A stretch of 63,699 nt of DNA, the filler included, from Octopus bimaculoides (Eukaryota): the NCBI RefSeq assembly GCF_001194135.2. It is 5 parts of 4 records of this genome, joined end to end, with 100 filler letters (N's around TTAATTAATTAA, not from the genome) between each part and the next. Parts side by side here need not be neighbours in the genome. Positions count along the whole stretch, not along the records: positions 25,405 to 53,264 come from NC_069005.1; 4 more parts are not named here. One strand, given 5' to 3'. This document shows, piece after piece, positions 36,958 to 50,520 of the stretch. How positions within the stretch are numbered: position 1 is the stretch's first letter; each line of letters starts with the position of its first letter. The notes beneath the pieces were generated by a model. The model did no database searches, was not told where the DNA came from, and saw only the letters and a list, made by a program, of their open reading frames with translations. The position numbers and the translations under genes are program-made.

Positions 36958-38778
36958 TCGTTTTGTCATACCAATTGTCTTTTTCTTTTTCTTTTCCCAG
37001 ACATAACAGATGCAGGTATGGCTGTGTGGTTAAGAAGTTCGCCTAGTAACCGTGTGGTTTCAGGTTCAGTCTCAGAGTGCTGCATCTTGGGCAAGTGTCT
37101 TCTACTATAGCCCCAGGCTGACCGGTTCTTTGAGAGTAGATTTGGTTGATGGGAACTGTGTGAAAGCTCATTGTATGTATGTATATATAAACACACACAC
37201 ACACATACATACATACACTTGTGTGTGTGTGTTTGTGTGTGGATGTCTGTGTTTCTTCCCTCCCCACTTTTCTACTGGAGTTGGTTTGTTTACATCCCAG
37301 TAACTTAATGGTTTGATAAAAAAAAAAAGGATGATAGAATAAGTACCAAACTTAAAAAGAATAAAAACAGGGGTCCATCAGTTCAACTAAACCCTTCAAG
37401 GTGGTGCCCCCACATGGCCAGAGTCCCATGCATTATGCGTTCTTCTTTCTTCTTAAGACAGTAAGAATGCGAATCAAGGAAAATCTGGTTGTTATTTCTA
37501 GCAGACTGAGTGACCACGTAAGTGTTCTGTTGTGGGGTTTGTGAGCATAGCGGGGTCATCCCTAAAAGATAGTAAGGGACACAGAGGGGCCCCTTTATAA
37601 ATAATAAATAACCCCACAATTCGGGAGCTAGAAGGATTGTTCCGGAATGATGGAGTGAGTTCTGATGGACTGACACACTCTTTCTTTGGCCCAGAAGCGG
37701 ATATTTAACGTGGGACACCACTGTTGGCAACTCATGTGCTCCAACATATGTCTTTGTTGCTAGGGCAGAGGTATTAGTTGTTAGGGTTTTTAGCTGATGA
37801 TTGTAGGGTCATGAGTTCAATATCCAGTGGCATGTTGTCTCACTGAGCAATGCCCTTTATTTCACGCCGCCCCAGTCCACTCAGCTGGCAAAGGTGAGTT
37901 CTACCTGTCATTCAAAAGGGGCCAGCCTTTTCATATTCTGTGTCATGCTGAATCTCCTTGAGAACCACATTAAGGGTATGCGTGTCTGTGGAGCACTCAG
38001 CCACTTGCACATTAATTTCATATCCATTGATCGGGTCAACTGGAACCCTCAGCGTTGTCATAACTGATGGCGTATCATCTCTGCTTCTGTAACTGAACAA
38101 AATATGGCAACAATCTATTGGTGAACGACAGTTGTCACCCTGTGGCTTTCAACATATCTGGGGACAAATGACAAAGAAGGTTCTATTTTATTTCTCTTCT
38201 TAGCTTCATTAGTCTCCTGCATTAGTCAGGTGATACTTGGGAGAGTACCTGCTGCTTCCAGCACTTTGGTCCCTCAAAGGACCTTTTTCAAAAAGTTTAT
38301 GATGGACAACATCAGTTTCCCTTGACGCAATGTATGAATAAACGATAGTTTGCATGCCCCTTTATCTTGTCCTTTTATTTATTGGTTTCTTGGTTTTTTA
38401 TTTTATTTTATTTTATTTTCTTTCTTTCTTTTTTATTTATATATTTTATTGGGATGGCCATTTTCTTGCTGTTTTGTTTTTTTCTAACACATGTACTTTC
38501 TCATGGAACTGTAGCACTGCATTTACATCTGAACTATTATTCTCATCTTGCTATTATTCTCAAATCAAAAGTTCATAAGATATAACTTTATGCCTGTTAT
38601 AAATAGATGATGCAATAGACAGTTGAGGTCGAACAGTGAGAGCGTTAGTCTTGTTATTGACCCTGTGTTGAAGTATTGGATTGTTATTGTGCGAATGGTT
38701 ATAATAAGAGAACCAACTCTTGTTACATTGCTTGTTGTTATACGGTCATATTTGGTACTGTGATATATTGTTATACGT

Positions 38779-39155
38779 GGAGGCGCAATGGCCCAGTGGT
38801 TAGGGCAGCGGACTTGCGGTCATAGGATCGCGGTTTCGATTCCCAGACCGGGTGTTGTGAGTGTTTATTGAGCGAAAACACCTAAACCTCCACGAGGCTC
38901 CAGCAGCGGATGGGTGGCGAACCCTGCTGTACTCTTTCACCACAACTTTCTCTCACTCTTTCTTCCTGTTTCTGTTGTGCCTGTAATTCAAAGGGACCAG
39001 CCTTGTCACACTGTGTCATGCTGAATATCCCCGAGAACTACGTTAAGGATATACGTATCTGTGGAGTGCTCAGCCACTTGTACGTTAATTTCACAAGCAG
39101 GCTGTTCCGTTGATCGGATCAACTGGAACCCTCGACATCATAACTGACGGAGTGC
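38779..39155 (+). mobile_element. tRNA-derived SINE, full length
   Basis: Head with A box TGGCCCAGTGG and B box GGTTTCGATTCC. Body and tail are shared with the partial copy at ~37900-38085. Confidence 0.75.
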
Positions 39156-39407
39156 CAACTAACTAATATTGTTACACACACATACACATTATATATTGTC
39201 ACTGATGATATAACTGTTGGCGATTACAGAAGTCTTGAATGGTCAGATTTTTTTCATGATTTTTGTTATATTCTAGTGAATTGTGCCCATATTCTTGAGT
39301 TGTTTTTTTTTTGTTTTTGATTTTTGGCATTGGATATGGTGGTTTGAGTTTGATTGCTAAATATTCCTGTTACAAGTATGCATAAGTATGATCCTGGTTA
39401 TGGTATC

Positions 39408-39665
39408 ATCATCATCATTTAACGTCTGCTTTCCATGCTAGCATGGGTTGGACGATTTGACTGAGGACTGGTGAAACCAGATGGCTGCACCAGGCTCCAA
39501 TCTGATTTGGCAGAGTTTCTACAGCTGGATGCCCTTCCTAACACCAACCACTCCGAGAGTGTAGTGGGTGCTTTTACGTGCCACCAGCACGAAGGCCAGT
39601 CAGGCGGTACTGGCAACAGCCACCCTCGAAATGGTGTACTTTACGTGCCACCTGCACAGGAGCTA
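39408..39665 (-). mobile_element. RTE 3'-UTR copy with (GAT)n tail
   Basis: Reverse complement of the family at 25405, 41440 and 63150. Confidence 0.75.
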
Positions 39666-40454
39666 ACTAGAAATATTCTGTTACAGTGTGTGTTTTTTCT
39701 GACTGATGGGCTACTCCTGTGCCAGCGGCACTGCAATCTGATTTTGGTGTATTTACACTATTTGCCACCAGTGAGAAATTTCCTCCAGATAAAACACAGT
39801 GGATGGCTTCTTTATGAGTTCAAACGTGCCCCAAGTATATTTGAACCGATAATAACCTTGCACTTTACTGTGTGCTTTGTGTCCTATCCCTTTCTAATGC
39901 CACCTTTGATGGGCTTCTTTCAGTTTCCATCAGCGAACCAAATCCACTTACATGGCTTATGGTTAGCTTGGGGTTGTAGTAGAAGATGTATGCCCAAGCG
40001 TTACACAATGGGATTGAATCTAAAACCATGGAGTTGGGAAGCGATCTCTTGGCTTACTGACCTCTCCTTGCCGATGACAATGACGCTACTGTCTCAGATA
40101 TTCGTCTGATATTTCTCTTTTCTACCTAGTTAACTTTACGCTTGACTGGCAAACGACCTACTTGGGCAGGTATCTGAAACATCTCATCAAAGATGTGTTA
40201 TGGTCTAATTGCTTTGTAAACCTCCTTCCCCTTCGTGTTCTTTAATGTTGCTTACAAATTATAAATGCTGTCAACTTGAATATCTGGTTAGGGTAGGACC
40301 CCTCTCTCTTTCATATGTAGGTATGCATGTATGTGTGTGTGCGTATATGCATATATCAGTATGTGTATGTTTGTATATGTATGTATATGTGTGTCTGGTG
40401 TCTCTGATGTGTATTGGGTATTTTTCTCTCTCAGGTGTGAATGTAGGTATGTGC

Positions 40455-40520
<66 letters not shown>

Positions 40521-40712
40521 TTATGTGTGTATATATGTATGTATGTATGCATGCATAATGTATGTATGTATGTATGTATACTGACATCCCTACCTACCTA
40601 CCTATCTACATACCAATGTACGTAAATATGTATGTATGTATGCATGTATGTATGTAACTGTGTATGTATGTGTGTGTGTATGTATGTAACTATGTATGTG
40701 TGTATGTATGTA

Positions 40713-41400
40713 TGAGGGGGTGTTCATTAAAGATTTCCCCCGACCCACTTCCCAAGGACTGGGATGAATGAAACTTGGCATAATTATTAGTCATTCTCTA
40801 CATGGCCACCACCAATGGTGACACACTTCTCCCATCGCTTTATGCAGCTGTGAAGACCTCATCTGTAGTGGTCAGTAGGTTGTGTCTGGAGCCAAGACTT
40901 TACCTCGGAAATAACTTCATCATCTTGGAGGAGACAGACCCTATTGGTCAGCATGCCATGCTTCTCTGCTTTGATGGCATCCTGCAATTTCTGCTGCAGA
41001 GAAGCATAATATTCCCCATTCGTTGTGGTGCCTTTTGTCAGAAGATCCATCATCACTACTCTGCGTTGGTCTCAAAATCTGTGAGCATCAACTTTCCTGC
41101 TGAGTGTTGGACATGAGCCGTCTCTGGAAGTGATGAGTTATCATGCTTCCATTGCTTCACCTGCACTTTAGTCTCAGAATCATAGTGATAGACCCGTGTT
41201 TCATTCTGTGTGATATGTTTGCCGAAAAAGTCCTCCTCATTTTCTTGGCATATTACCAAAAGAGTCTGGGAGCAATTGACTCGTACCTGGTTCTAAAAAG
41301 GTGAGAGCATCTGGGGAATCCACCGTGCAGATAACTTCCACACGTGCAAATGGTCATGAATGATGTTTGTCCACAGACCCATGAATGATGTTTTTCTGCT
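40713..41400 (-). mobile_element. Mariner 3' half (same family as 27781-29015)
   Basis: TA followed by TIR (T/C)GAGGGGGTGTTCATTAAAG. WKLSARWIPQML, TRVYHYDSET..QWKH, SAGKLMLT, YYASLQQKLQDAIK. Confidence 0.85.
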
Positions 41401-42125
41401 GCTTTTAAATAAAGTCGGGATGGCACCTGTGACCAGTGTCGCCTTATGGCACTTGTGCCAGTGACATGTGTAAGGATTTTTGAGCGAGATCGTTGCCAGT
41501 GCCCCTGGACTGGCTCTTGTGCGGGTGGCACATAAAATACACCATTTGAGCGTGGCCGTTGCCAGTACCGCCTGACTGGCCTTCGTGCGGGTGCACGTAA
41601 AAGCACCCACTACACTCTCAGGTTGGTTGGCGTTAGGAAGGGCATCCAGCTATAGAAACTCTGCCAAATCAGATTGGAGCCTGGTGTAGCCATCTGGTTT
41701 CACCAGTCCTCAGTCAANNNNNNNNNNNNNNNNNNNNNNNNNNNNNNNNNNNNNNNNNNNNNNNNNNNNNNNNNNNNNNNNNNNNNNNNNNNNNNNNNNN
41801 NNNNNNNNNNNNNNNNNNNNNNNNNNNNNNNNNNNNNNNNNNNNNNNNNNNNNNNNNNNNNNNNNNNNNNNNNNNNNNNNNNNNNNNNNNNNNNNNNNNN
41901 NNNNNNNNNNNNNNNNNNNNNNNNNNNNNNNNNNNNNNNNNNNNNNNNNNNNNNNNNNNNNNNNNNNNNNNNATTACAATCAGTTTATAAAGTAAACAAT
42001 GAATAAACTGGTTCAGCAAGGATGGCTTATCTCCCTTCGACCAGTCTATATCGGCTAAAAAAAAAATCGAATGGGAAACTGTCCTTAGGTTTCTTTTAGC
42101 TTGTATACACACATGTGCGCATATA

Positions 42126-42325
42126 CGAGGGTGTGCGGAAAAGTTCCTGGCTTTGAGTAAAAGAAAATTGAGGAGGAACAGTTAACTACGATTTTATTCA
42201 ATACATTCCCCTCTCAGATTCACACACTTAATGCAGCGGTCCTTCAGTTTTTCTAAGCCCTGTAAAAGAAATCGGAATGTTTTCTGCAATACCCTTAAAA
42301 CCACGAACTTTACACCACCCTCTCG
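42126..42325. mobile_element. Mariner-type MITE (200 bp)
   Basis: TA flanks with imperfect TIRs CGAGGGTGTGCGGAAAAGTTCCTGG / CCACGAACTTTACACCACCCTCTCG. Related pieces at ~32640-32735 and 43885-44090. Confidence 0.75.
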
Positions 42326-42714
42326 TACATACGTATGTATTTGCATATATACGTATGTGCATATAAGCACACACACACGCGCAAACGCGTATATACATAC
42401 ATATGTATATACATACAGACGACAAGAGGGAAATCTGATAGTTGTCAAATGTAGGCTATTAATGAGCTTTATTATCTAAATGTACATCACAATGTTTGTC
42501 GTTTTTAAACATATATGTCACAACAATATCTAACTATTCATTCAGCCTTTTCGATAATATCATCCACATGTCACACGCTCTGCCTTGTTTCACACATGTA
42601 TTCCTAGCCTAGTCCCGAGAGCTATAGTGCACATCACACTGTACCATGAGGTTTGGCTTCAATTTCCCCCAAATCACCTACCACCAGTTCATTCTTTGTG
42701 TAGATATATTATTG

Positions 42715-43009
42715 GCGAAAGGCGACGAGCTGGCAGAAACGTTAGCACGTCAGACGAAATGCTTAGCGGTATTTCGTCTGCCTTTACGTTCTGAGTTCAA
42801 ATTCCGCTGAGGTCGACTTTGCCTTTTATCCTCTCGGGGTCGATAAATTATGTACCAGTTGCGTACTGGGCTGATCTAATCGACTGGGCCACCTCCCCTG
42901 AAATTTCGGGCCTTGTGCCTAGAGTAGAAAAAGAATCGTGAGTACGCTGGGCGAAATGCATAGCGGTATTTTGTCTGCCGTTATGTTCTGAGTTCAAATT
43001 CCGCCGAGG
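42715..43009 (+). mobile_element. Second SINE family (ttctgagttcaaattccgccgaggtcgactttgcctttcatcc), two tandem copies
   Basis: One full copy plus the head of a second. Further copies at 26270, 30190, 54998, 56350 and 58278. Confidence 0.75.
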
Positions 43010-44189
43010 NNNNNNNNNNNNNNNNNNNNNNNNNNNNNNNNNNNNNNNNNNNNNNNNNNNNNNNNNNNNNNNNNNNNNNNNNNNNNNNNNNNNNNNNNNN
43101 NNNNNNNNNNNNNNNNNNNNNNNNNNNNNNNNNNNNNNNNNNNNNNNNNNNNNNNNNNNNNNNNNNNNNNNNNNNNNNNNNNNNNNNNNNNNNNNNNNNN
43201 NNNNNNNNNNNNNNNNNNNNNNNNNNNNNNNNNNNNNNNNNNNNNNNNNNNNNNNNNNNNNNNNNNNNNNNNNNNNNNNNNNNNNNNNNNNNNNNNNNNN
43301 NNNNNNNNNNNNNNNNNNNNNNNNNNNNNNNNNNNNNNNNNNNNNNNNNNNNNNNNNNNNNNNNNNNNNNNNNNNNNNNNNNNNNNNNNNNNNNNNNNNN
43401 NNNNNNNNNNNNNNNNNNNNNNNNNNNNNNNNNNNNNNNNNNNNNNNNNNNNNNNNNNNNNNNNNNNNNNNNNNNNNNNNNNNNNNNNNNNNNNNNNNNN
43501 NNNNNNNNNNNNNNNNNNNNNNNNNNNNNNNNNNNNNNNNNNNNNNNNNNNNNNNNNNNNNNNNNNNNNNNNNNNNNNNNNNNNNNNNNNNNNNNNNNNN
43601 NNNNNNNNNNNNNNNNNNNNNNNNNNNNNNNNNNNNNNNNNNNNNNNNNNNNNNNNNNNNNNNNNNNNNNNNNNNNNNNNNNNNNNNNNNNNNNNNNNNN
43701 NNNNNNNNNNNNNNNNNNNNNNNNNNNCTGAGAGGAGAATATGTTATATATAATAATCATAATTAACTGATTCTTTCTGTATTTTCTTTTACCCAAAGCC
43801 AGCTACTATGTGTATATATATATATAGTGTGTGTGTCAAATGCATACACACACACACACGCACACGTGCAAACATGCACTCACTCAGGTGGCAGGGCTGA
43901 AAAGTTCCTGGCTTTAAGGCTGTTACAAAAGGCCCAGTTCGAGGCCCAACCTTCCATGTTCTTTTACAGGGCTTAGAGAAACTGAAGGATTGCTGCAATA
44001 AGTGTGTGAATCTGAGAGGAGAATATGTTATATATAATAATCATAATTAACTGATTCTTTCTGTATTTTCTTTTACCCAAAGCCAGCTACTATGTGTATA
44101 TATATATATAGTGTGTGTGTCAAATGCATACACACACACACACGCACACACACACACATTTATGTATGGACATATGTATGCATGCTGTG

Positions 44190-44590
44190 GTTGCTTAAAG
44201 TTTGAAAGAGAGTGAATGAAGCATAAGAAGATGAGGAGAAAGTTGAGAAAGAGTGAACCAGTAGCAAATGAAGGAGTATTGTTTTTTTTACGTGTGTGAT
44301 TTGTGGGAGGAAATGCACGAGTCATGAGGGCCTGGTCAGCCATCAAAAAAGCCATAGGAGTCAACCCCCTGTAAATTGTGATACGGCTATTGTTCACAAC
44401 AGAACATGCATAACCTGTGGAAAGGTGTGCCGTCCAGTCGGGGGAATTAAAATAACGTGTCAAATGACTGCATATTGTTGCACTGGTTCCTTCTGTCAGC
44501 CAGCGCAACTGTGCATTATGCAATAGAATGTGCAAATCTTTGGTGTGGCTCAAGAGTCCTATAAGGGCCTCGCATTTCATTATCAATGAC
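44190..44590 (+). mobile_element. RTE-BovB-like LINE 3' end
   Basis: C2H2-like C-terminal motifs CGRKCTSHEGLVSHQKSH and CITCGKVCRPVGG. Confidence 0.55.
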
Positions 44591-45008
44591 TTATTTCAGT
44601 GATGCTTTCTAGCAATGGCTTTGCTCGTATACGAGAAAGTAGCCACTTTATAACGCATGTGTGTATACAGAAGTCACGTAATATCTCATCTGATGATTGT
44701 AAGACGATAGGGTATATACAATTAGTTTTCAGGTTGACTTGCTAACTAAAACTCCAACTTGAACGGCAACTTGAACAGCAGCATTGTTGTAACTGCTGAA
44801 GGACGTCTGTCTATAAGGCAGTGTTTCAATTGAGCAGGCTCATGCATAATAGGATAAAAGTATAAACAGACAAAACAACTGATATCAGATTAAATTATGT
44901 CTATTTATAGTTGTAAACACACCAACTGAAGTTGTTGCTTGTCTTTAAGATCATAAGAAAGATATACATACACACACACACACACACACATATACATATA
45001 TATATATT

Positions 45009-45312
45009 GTGGTGTGCAAGAGAGACGATTGCGCTGGTATGGACATGTGGTGAGAATGGATGAGGATAGCTGCGTGAAAAAGTGCCACACCCTAACATTT
45101 GAGGGAACCCGTGGAAGAGGTAGGCCCAGGAAGACCTGGGCTGAGGTGGTGAGGCAAGACCTTCATACATTGGGCCTCACCGAGGCGATGACTACTGACC
45201 GAGACCTTTGGAAATGTGCTGTGCGTGAGAAGACCCGGCAAGCCAAGTAAGATCGTTGCCAGTGCCCCTGGACTGGCTCTTGTGCGGGTGGCACATGAGA
45301 TGCACCATTTTG
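45009..45312 (+). mobile_element. RTE LINE ORF2 C-terminus joined to its 3' UTR
   Basis: RRLRWYGHVVRMDEDSCVKK..GTRGRGRPRKTW..DRDLWK..*, a classic RTE C-terminus. Confidence 0.9.
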
Positions 45313-46024
45313 NNNNNNNNNNNNNNNNNNNNNNNNNNNNNNNNNNNNNNNNNNNNNNNNNNNNNNNNNNNNNNNNNNNNNNNNNNNNNNNNNNNNNNNN
45401 NNNNNNNNNNNNNNNNNNNNNNNNNNNNNNNNNNNNNNNNNNNNNNNNNNNNNNNNNNNNNNNNNNNNNNNNNNNNNNNNNNNNNNNNNNNNNNNNNNNN
45501 NNNNNNNNNNNNNNNNNNNNNNNNNNNNNNNNNNNNNNNNNNNNNNNNNNNNNNNNNNNNNNNNNNNNNNNNNNNNNNNNNNNNNNNNNNNNNNNNNNNN
45601 NNNNNNNNNNNNNNNNNNNNNNNNNNNNNNNNNNNNNNNNNNNNNNNNNNNNNNNNNNNNNNNNNNNNNNNNNNNNNNNNNNNNNNNNNNNNNNNNNNNN
45701 NNNNNNNNNNNNNNNNNNNNNNNNNNNNNNNNNNNNNNNNNNNNNNNNNNNNNNNNNNNNNNNNNNNNNNNNNNNNNNNNNNNNNNNNNNNNNNNNNNNN
45801 NNNNNNNNNNNNNNNNNNNNNNNNNNNNNNNNNNNNNNNNNNNNNNNNNNNNNNNNNNNNNNNNNNNNNNNNNNNNNNNNNNNNNNNNNNNNNNNNNNNN
45901 NNNNNNNNNNNNNNNNNNNNNNNNNNNNNNNNNNNNNNNNNNNNNNNNNNNNNNNNNNNNNNNNNNNNNNNNNNNNNNNNNNNNNNNNNNNNNNNNNNNN
46001 NNNNNNNNNNNNNNNNNNNNNNNN

Positions 46025-46074
<50 letters not shown>

Positions 46075-46089
46075 AACTGGTCCAACGTT

Positions 46090-46830
46090 CTGTGTATGCA
46101 AGACATTGATCTGATACTCAGCCAGTTTAATGTCAACAGTGCAAGCTGTATGCACTAAATATATCCCAGAAAGAAAGGCCAGCATATTGTCAAACAAGAT
46201 TCCCAGGGACAGAGAAATTCTCATGAGATGCAGGTCAAGGATCTCAAAGCGGCTGAAGAGGCAGCTGAAGGATAGAGAGAAGTCTACCTTAACACAGACG
46301 CTCCGAGAAACTGAAAGTAAGATCAAACTCTGTCATGAAAGGGAAAGAGCAGAGAGAAAGAAAAGGGCTGTGGAAAGCATAAAAACAAATCCCAAAGGTT
46401 TCTATAAATTTGCAAAGGAAACAGCCACAATACAATATGAAATAGGACCATTGTTCCAAGAGAATGGCTCACTGATGGAGGACCAAGGAAGGATGAGATA
46501 ATCAGTGAACAATTTAAAAGTGTCTTCACTTCCCCTCTTGGACACATGCAGATAAAACATCTGGCTGAATTCTTTGATATTACAGCTCTAAGAAAGGAGG
46601 CGCCAGCCATCAATTACATTAACATTGAGGAAACAGATGTAACAATGGCTATAAATGAAATGAGTTCATGCTCTGCAACTGGTCTTGATGGCTTCCCAGC
46701 TCTTTATCCTAAAGTCATGTAAGCAGGCTTCAGCAAAACCACTTCAGATACTTTACCAAAGTTTCCTTGCGAGTGGTATACTTCCTATAAAGCTGAAAGA
46801 AGGCATTATATACCCTTTCCACAAAGGTGC
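46090..46830 (+). mobile_element. CR1-like LINE ORF2 fragment
   Basis: IKTNPKGFYKFAK..IGPLFQENGSL, SEQFKSVFT, ATGLDGFPA, PLQILYQSFLASGILP. Confidence 0.8.
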
Positions 46831-47559
46831 CAAACTGCTAAGTTACAGGGATGTAAACACACCAACATCGGTTGTCANNNNNNNNNNNNNNNNNNNNNNN
46901 NNNNNNNNNNNNNNNNNNNNNNNNNNNNNNNNNNNNNNNNNNNNNNNNNNNNNNNNNNNNNNNNNNNNNNNNNNNNNAATAAATTGAAAGTCAAATAATG
47001 TTTGGTAATACTCGACAAACTTGGCAATGAAATGAAGCTTAGAAGGTTTCTGTTTGAAAGCGAGAGTTTGTTTTGAAATTGTTCATGCATAGAAGCAATG
47101 GCTGATCATTTTATGACAAACACCTGCAAGAAATCTAGACGACATATCTAATATTGATGAGCTGACAGAAGGGGATTATATTGTAGGGGATATTTTCTAT
47201 TAATATGACAAGCGTAAGACATTAAAAACACTATTGTTGCGGTGAATAAAAATTAGTTTTCTGATCGAAGCATGTAGCTGAAATCTTGAAATAATACAAG
47301 AGACTTGAAGGCCACATTAATATATTAAAATTGAAAGCCACATTAATAAATTAAAATATTTAATATATTAAAATTGGAATTAATAGGAATTTTCTAGACA
47401 GTGTAATTACACTTTCTTTAAGAGAAGTTGCATATTCATTATTAATTCATAAGCAGCTTTCTTAATTATGGCTTAGATGAACATTGGAAAAACAATTTAC
47501 TTTCTTGCATTGTTGGGATTAATTCACACCTCAGCAGTATGGCTATAATGAACCAATGT

Positions 47560-47830
47560 GTTTGGTTAATCACCACATAAGCTCAAATCAAGGTGTTACT
47601 GTGCATACAGGTATTAGCAAAGTATCAAACAAGATTCTCTCTTATATAGGTTTCATATGGCAATGCCATGTCTTGCAGAGCTTATATATTAGTGGGAAGC
47701 AATAGATTGCAAACAATATGTTATTATGGAGCAGATCGGTGTTAGTAGAGAAGCAATATTTAACTGGTATAACTATTTTAGTGATGTATGTGTCATGTGG
47801 TTTAACAACAATTCTGTACAGGCTGGGAAA
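47560..47830 (+). mobile_element. Possible Merlin/ISXO2-like transposase fragment
   Basis: IGVSREAIFNWYNYFSDVC resembles the xxDWYNFCREVC motif. Short and uncertain. Confidence 0.3.
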
Positions 47831-48716
47831 ACCGATTTACACAATTTCTTGAATGTCTTTGACAGAATTATTCTGTCTTATTCTTATATTTTAGTTTTTT
47901 ATGAAGCAAATTACAATAAAATAAATCAAAAGCATTCTCCAGAAAAAGAAAAGAAAAAAAACACATTTTACATTTACCATTTTGTTTCAGGTTTATATCA
48001 CTATTACTTCATTTCAAAGAAAAACAATTCTTCCCTTTTTATTTATCTACTGAGTTTCCAGTAAATGATCTCTGCCAACTTTAGTAATTTCATTTTCTGG
48101 ATCATAAAACGAAACATTGCCAGCCATATATATATATTTTTGTTGGTTTTCTTTCTCTTAAGCATTCATTAATTTTACTCTTGAAATTCAAGTTTATTAA
48201 AAATAAAAGATTTAAAAAAAACAAATAAATTAATTAAAACATTTGTTGTAAGAGAAGAAACATTGCTTTTTTTCTTTGCTTTCGTTTTCTTTAATATAAA
48301 AAAAACAAATAAAAAAAGGTAGCTGCAAGGGAGATAACTGAGTGTTCATTATTAAATATGCCAGGCTGCGTGATCAATATTAGTTTGTAACATAGGCACA
48401 AGCCCACAAATTGTGTGGGGGGNNNNNNNNNNNNNNNNNNNNNNNNNNNNNNNNNNNNNNNNNNNNNNNNNNNNNNNNNNNNNNNNNNNNNNNNNNNNNN
48501 NNNNNNNNNNNNNNNNNNNNNNNNNNNNNNNNNNNNNNNNNNNNNNNNNNNNNNNNNNNNNNNNNNNNNNNNNNNNNNNNNNNNNNNNNNNNNNNNNNNN
48601 NNNNNNNNNNNNNNNNNNNNNNNNNNNNNNNNNNNNNNNNNNNNNNNNNNNNNNNNNNNNNNNNNNNNNNNNNNNNNNNNNNNNNNNNNNNNNNNNNGCA
48701 TAACAGTAATAAACAC

Positions 48717-48761
<45 letters not shown>

Positions 48762-49254
48762 AAGCATACTCAATACCAGATGTAGAGTTTAAGTTATAGA
48801 AAACATGGACTATAGTCAGAACCTATAGGCTGAACAATTGTGGCATAGATTTTATCTTTCTTTTCTATATTAGCGTGAAACCCAGGGTCCTGAATTTTTG
48901 CTGAGAGATTGTGGATATATATATATATATATATGGTGGTGGTGGTGGTGGATCATTATTGTTTGATAATAGACAATAAGGATTTAGTTGTTGGATCAAA
49001 CAAATCATCTGTTGCTGAATTAGCCTGGAAGTAACCGAGTAATCCACAGACACATGTACTGCTAAGGTAATTCTGTCAATGAGACACGGTGTGAAGCAAG
49101 GCTGTAACCTTTGAAATATAAGTACAATCCACTTGGCAGGCTTCTGTACAGTTTCCATCTATCAAGTTTTGCTCACAAGGTATGGGCCAAACCAAAGCCA
49201 TACAAAATATTTATCCCCTATACCATGCAGTGGCATTGAACTCAGGACCTTTTT

Positions 49255-50520
49255 AACCTGAAAGTATGAAGGGCAAAGTTGACCTCCGTAAAATTTGAAC
49301 TCAGAACATAAAGAGCAGGAAGAAATGCCGCTAATCACTTTGCTTGATGTACTAATGATTCAGCCAGCTTGCTGCCTTTGTTAATAATAATCCTTTCTAT
49401 TAAAGGCAGAAGGCCTGAAATTTTGGGGGAGGGTACTGGTCACTCAGACTGACCCCAAAACAATGAAAGACAAAGTTGAGCTCAACGGAATTTGAACTCA
49501 GGATGTAAAGACTGATGAAACGCTGCAAAGTATTTTGTCGGGCACAGTAATGATTCGGCCAGCTCACTGCTTTCAATAATAATAATAATAATAATAGTAA
49601 TAATAATAGTAATAATAATCCTTTCTACTGCAGGTGCAAGGCCTGAAATTTGGGGGAGGGGATAATTGATTACATCGACCCCCAGGACTCAACTGGTCCT
49701 TATTTTATCGACCCCGAAAGGATGAAATGCTGCTGAGAAGCATTTTGTCTGGTACAGCTCATTGCTTTCAATAATAATAATAATAATAATTTTTGAGTTA
49801 GGCACAAGGTCAACAATTTCGAAGAGAGGTGGGGGGGGGATAGTCTATATCATTGACCCCAGTAATTTCATCAACCTTCAAAGGATGAAAGGCAAAGTTC
49901 ATCCCAGTGGGATTTGAACTCAGAATGTAAAGAGTGCACAATGCTGGAAATCCACTGCCAATGCACTGCCCTTCAAATAATGATTTCTAGTATAGGCACA
50001 ATGCCTTGGATTTGTGGAGAGGTGTTAGTTAAATAAATCAGCCCCATTACATGACTGGTATTTTATTGACCTTGAAGAGAGAAAAATCAAAGTTGATTTT
50101 GACAGGATTTGAACTCAGAACCAGGATAAAACACTGCTTAGTGCTCTAACAATTCATTCTCTTATCTTGAATACAAAGCCACACAATTTTAATAAAAGTG
50201 TAGATGAGATGAGATTATATTGATTCCCAATAACTGATTGGTGGTCATTTCATTGATCTTCTCTTGGAAAGATAGAAGACAAACTTGACTAAGATTTGAA
50301 CTCAGAACCCAAAGCGGTGTGACTAAATACCATAAGATGTTATTCAATGTTCTGAAGAATGTACCACATAAGAATTTCTAACTGAGCATAAAGGCCAGAA
50401 ACTTAGGGTTAAAGGAGAGAGAAGGAAAGGTCAATTATATTGATGCTAGGATTTGGTCAGTTCTTTATTTTATTGACACCGGAAAGATGAAAGGCAAAGC
50501 TGACCTCGGCAAGATTTGAA
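49255..50520 (-). mobile_element. Head-to-tail cluster of ~7 diverged SINE copies
   Basis: The GATTTGAACTCAGAA / GATGAAAGGCAAAG motifs recur about every 180-200 bp, and several junctions are (AAT)n tails. Confidence 0.75.

Noticed and set aside
38779-38850. tRNA gene
   Set aside because: A and B boxes are present, but the acceptor stem is not closed and it continues into a repeated SINE body.
43731-44150. ~135-bp direct duplication (period ~285 bp) of MITE end plus microsatellite
   Set aside because: Starts exactly at a gap edge; cannot be distinguished from a contig-overlap artefact.
694-48785. Long ORFs in the track spanning N gaps or microsatellites (CVCV, HTHT, YIYI, poly-His/Thr)
   Set aside because: Length comes from Ns or simple repeats; no coding signal.
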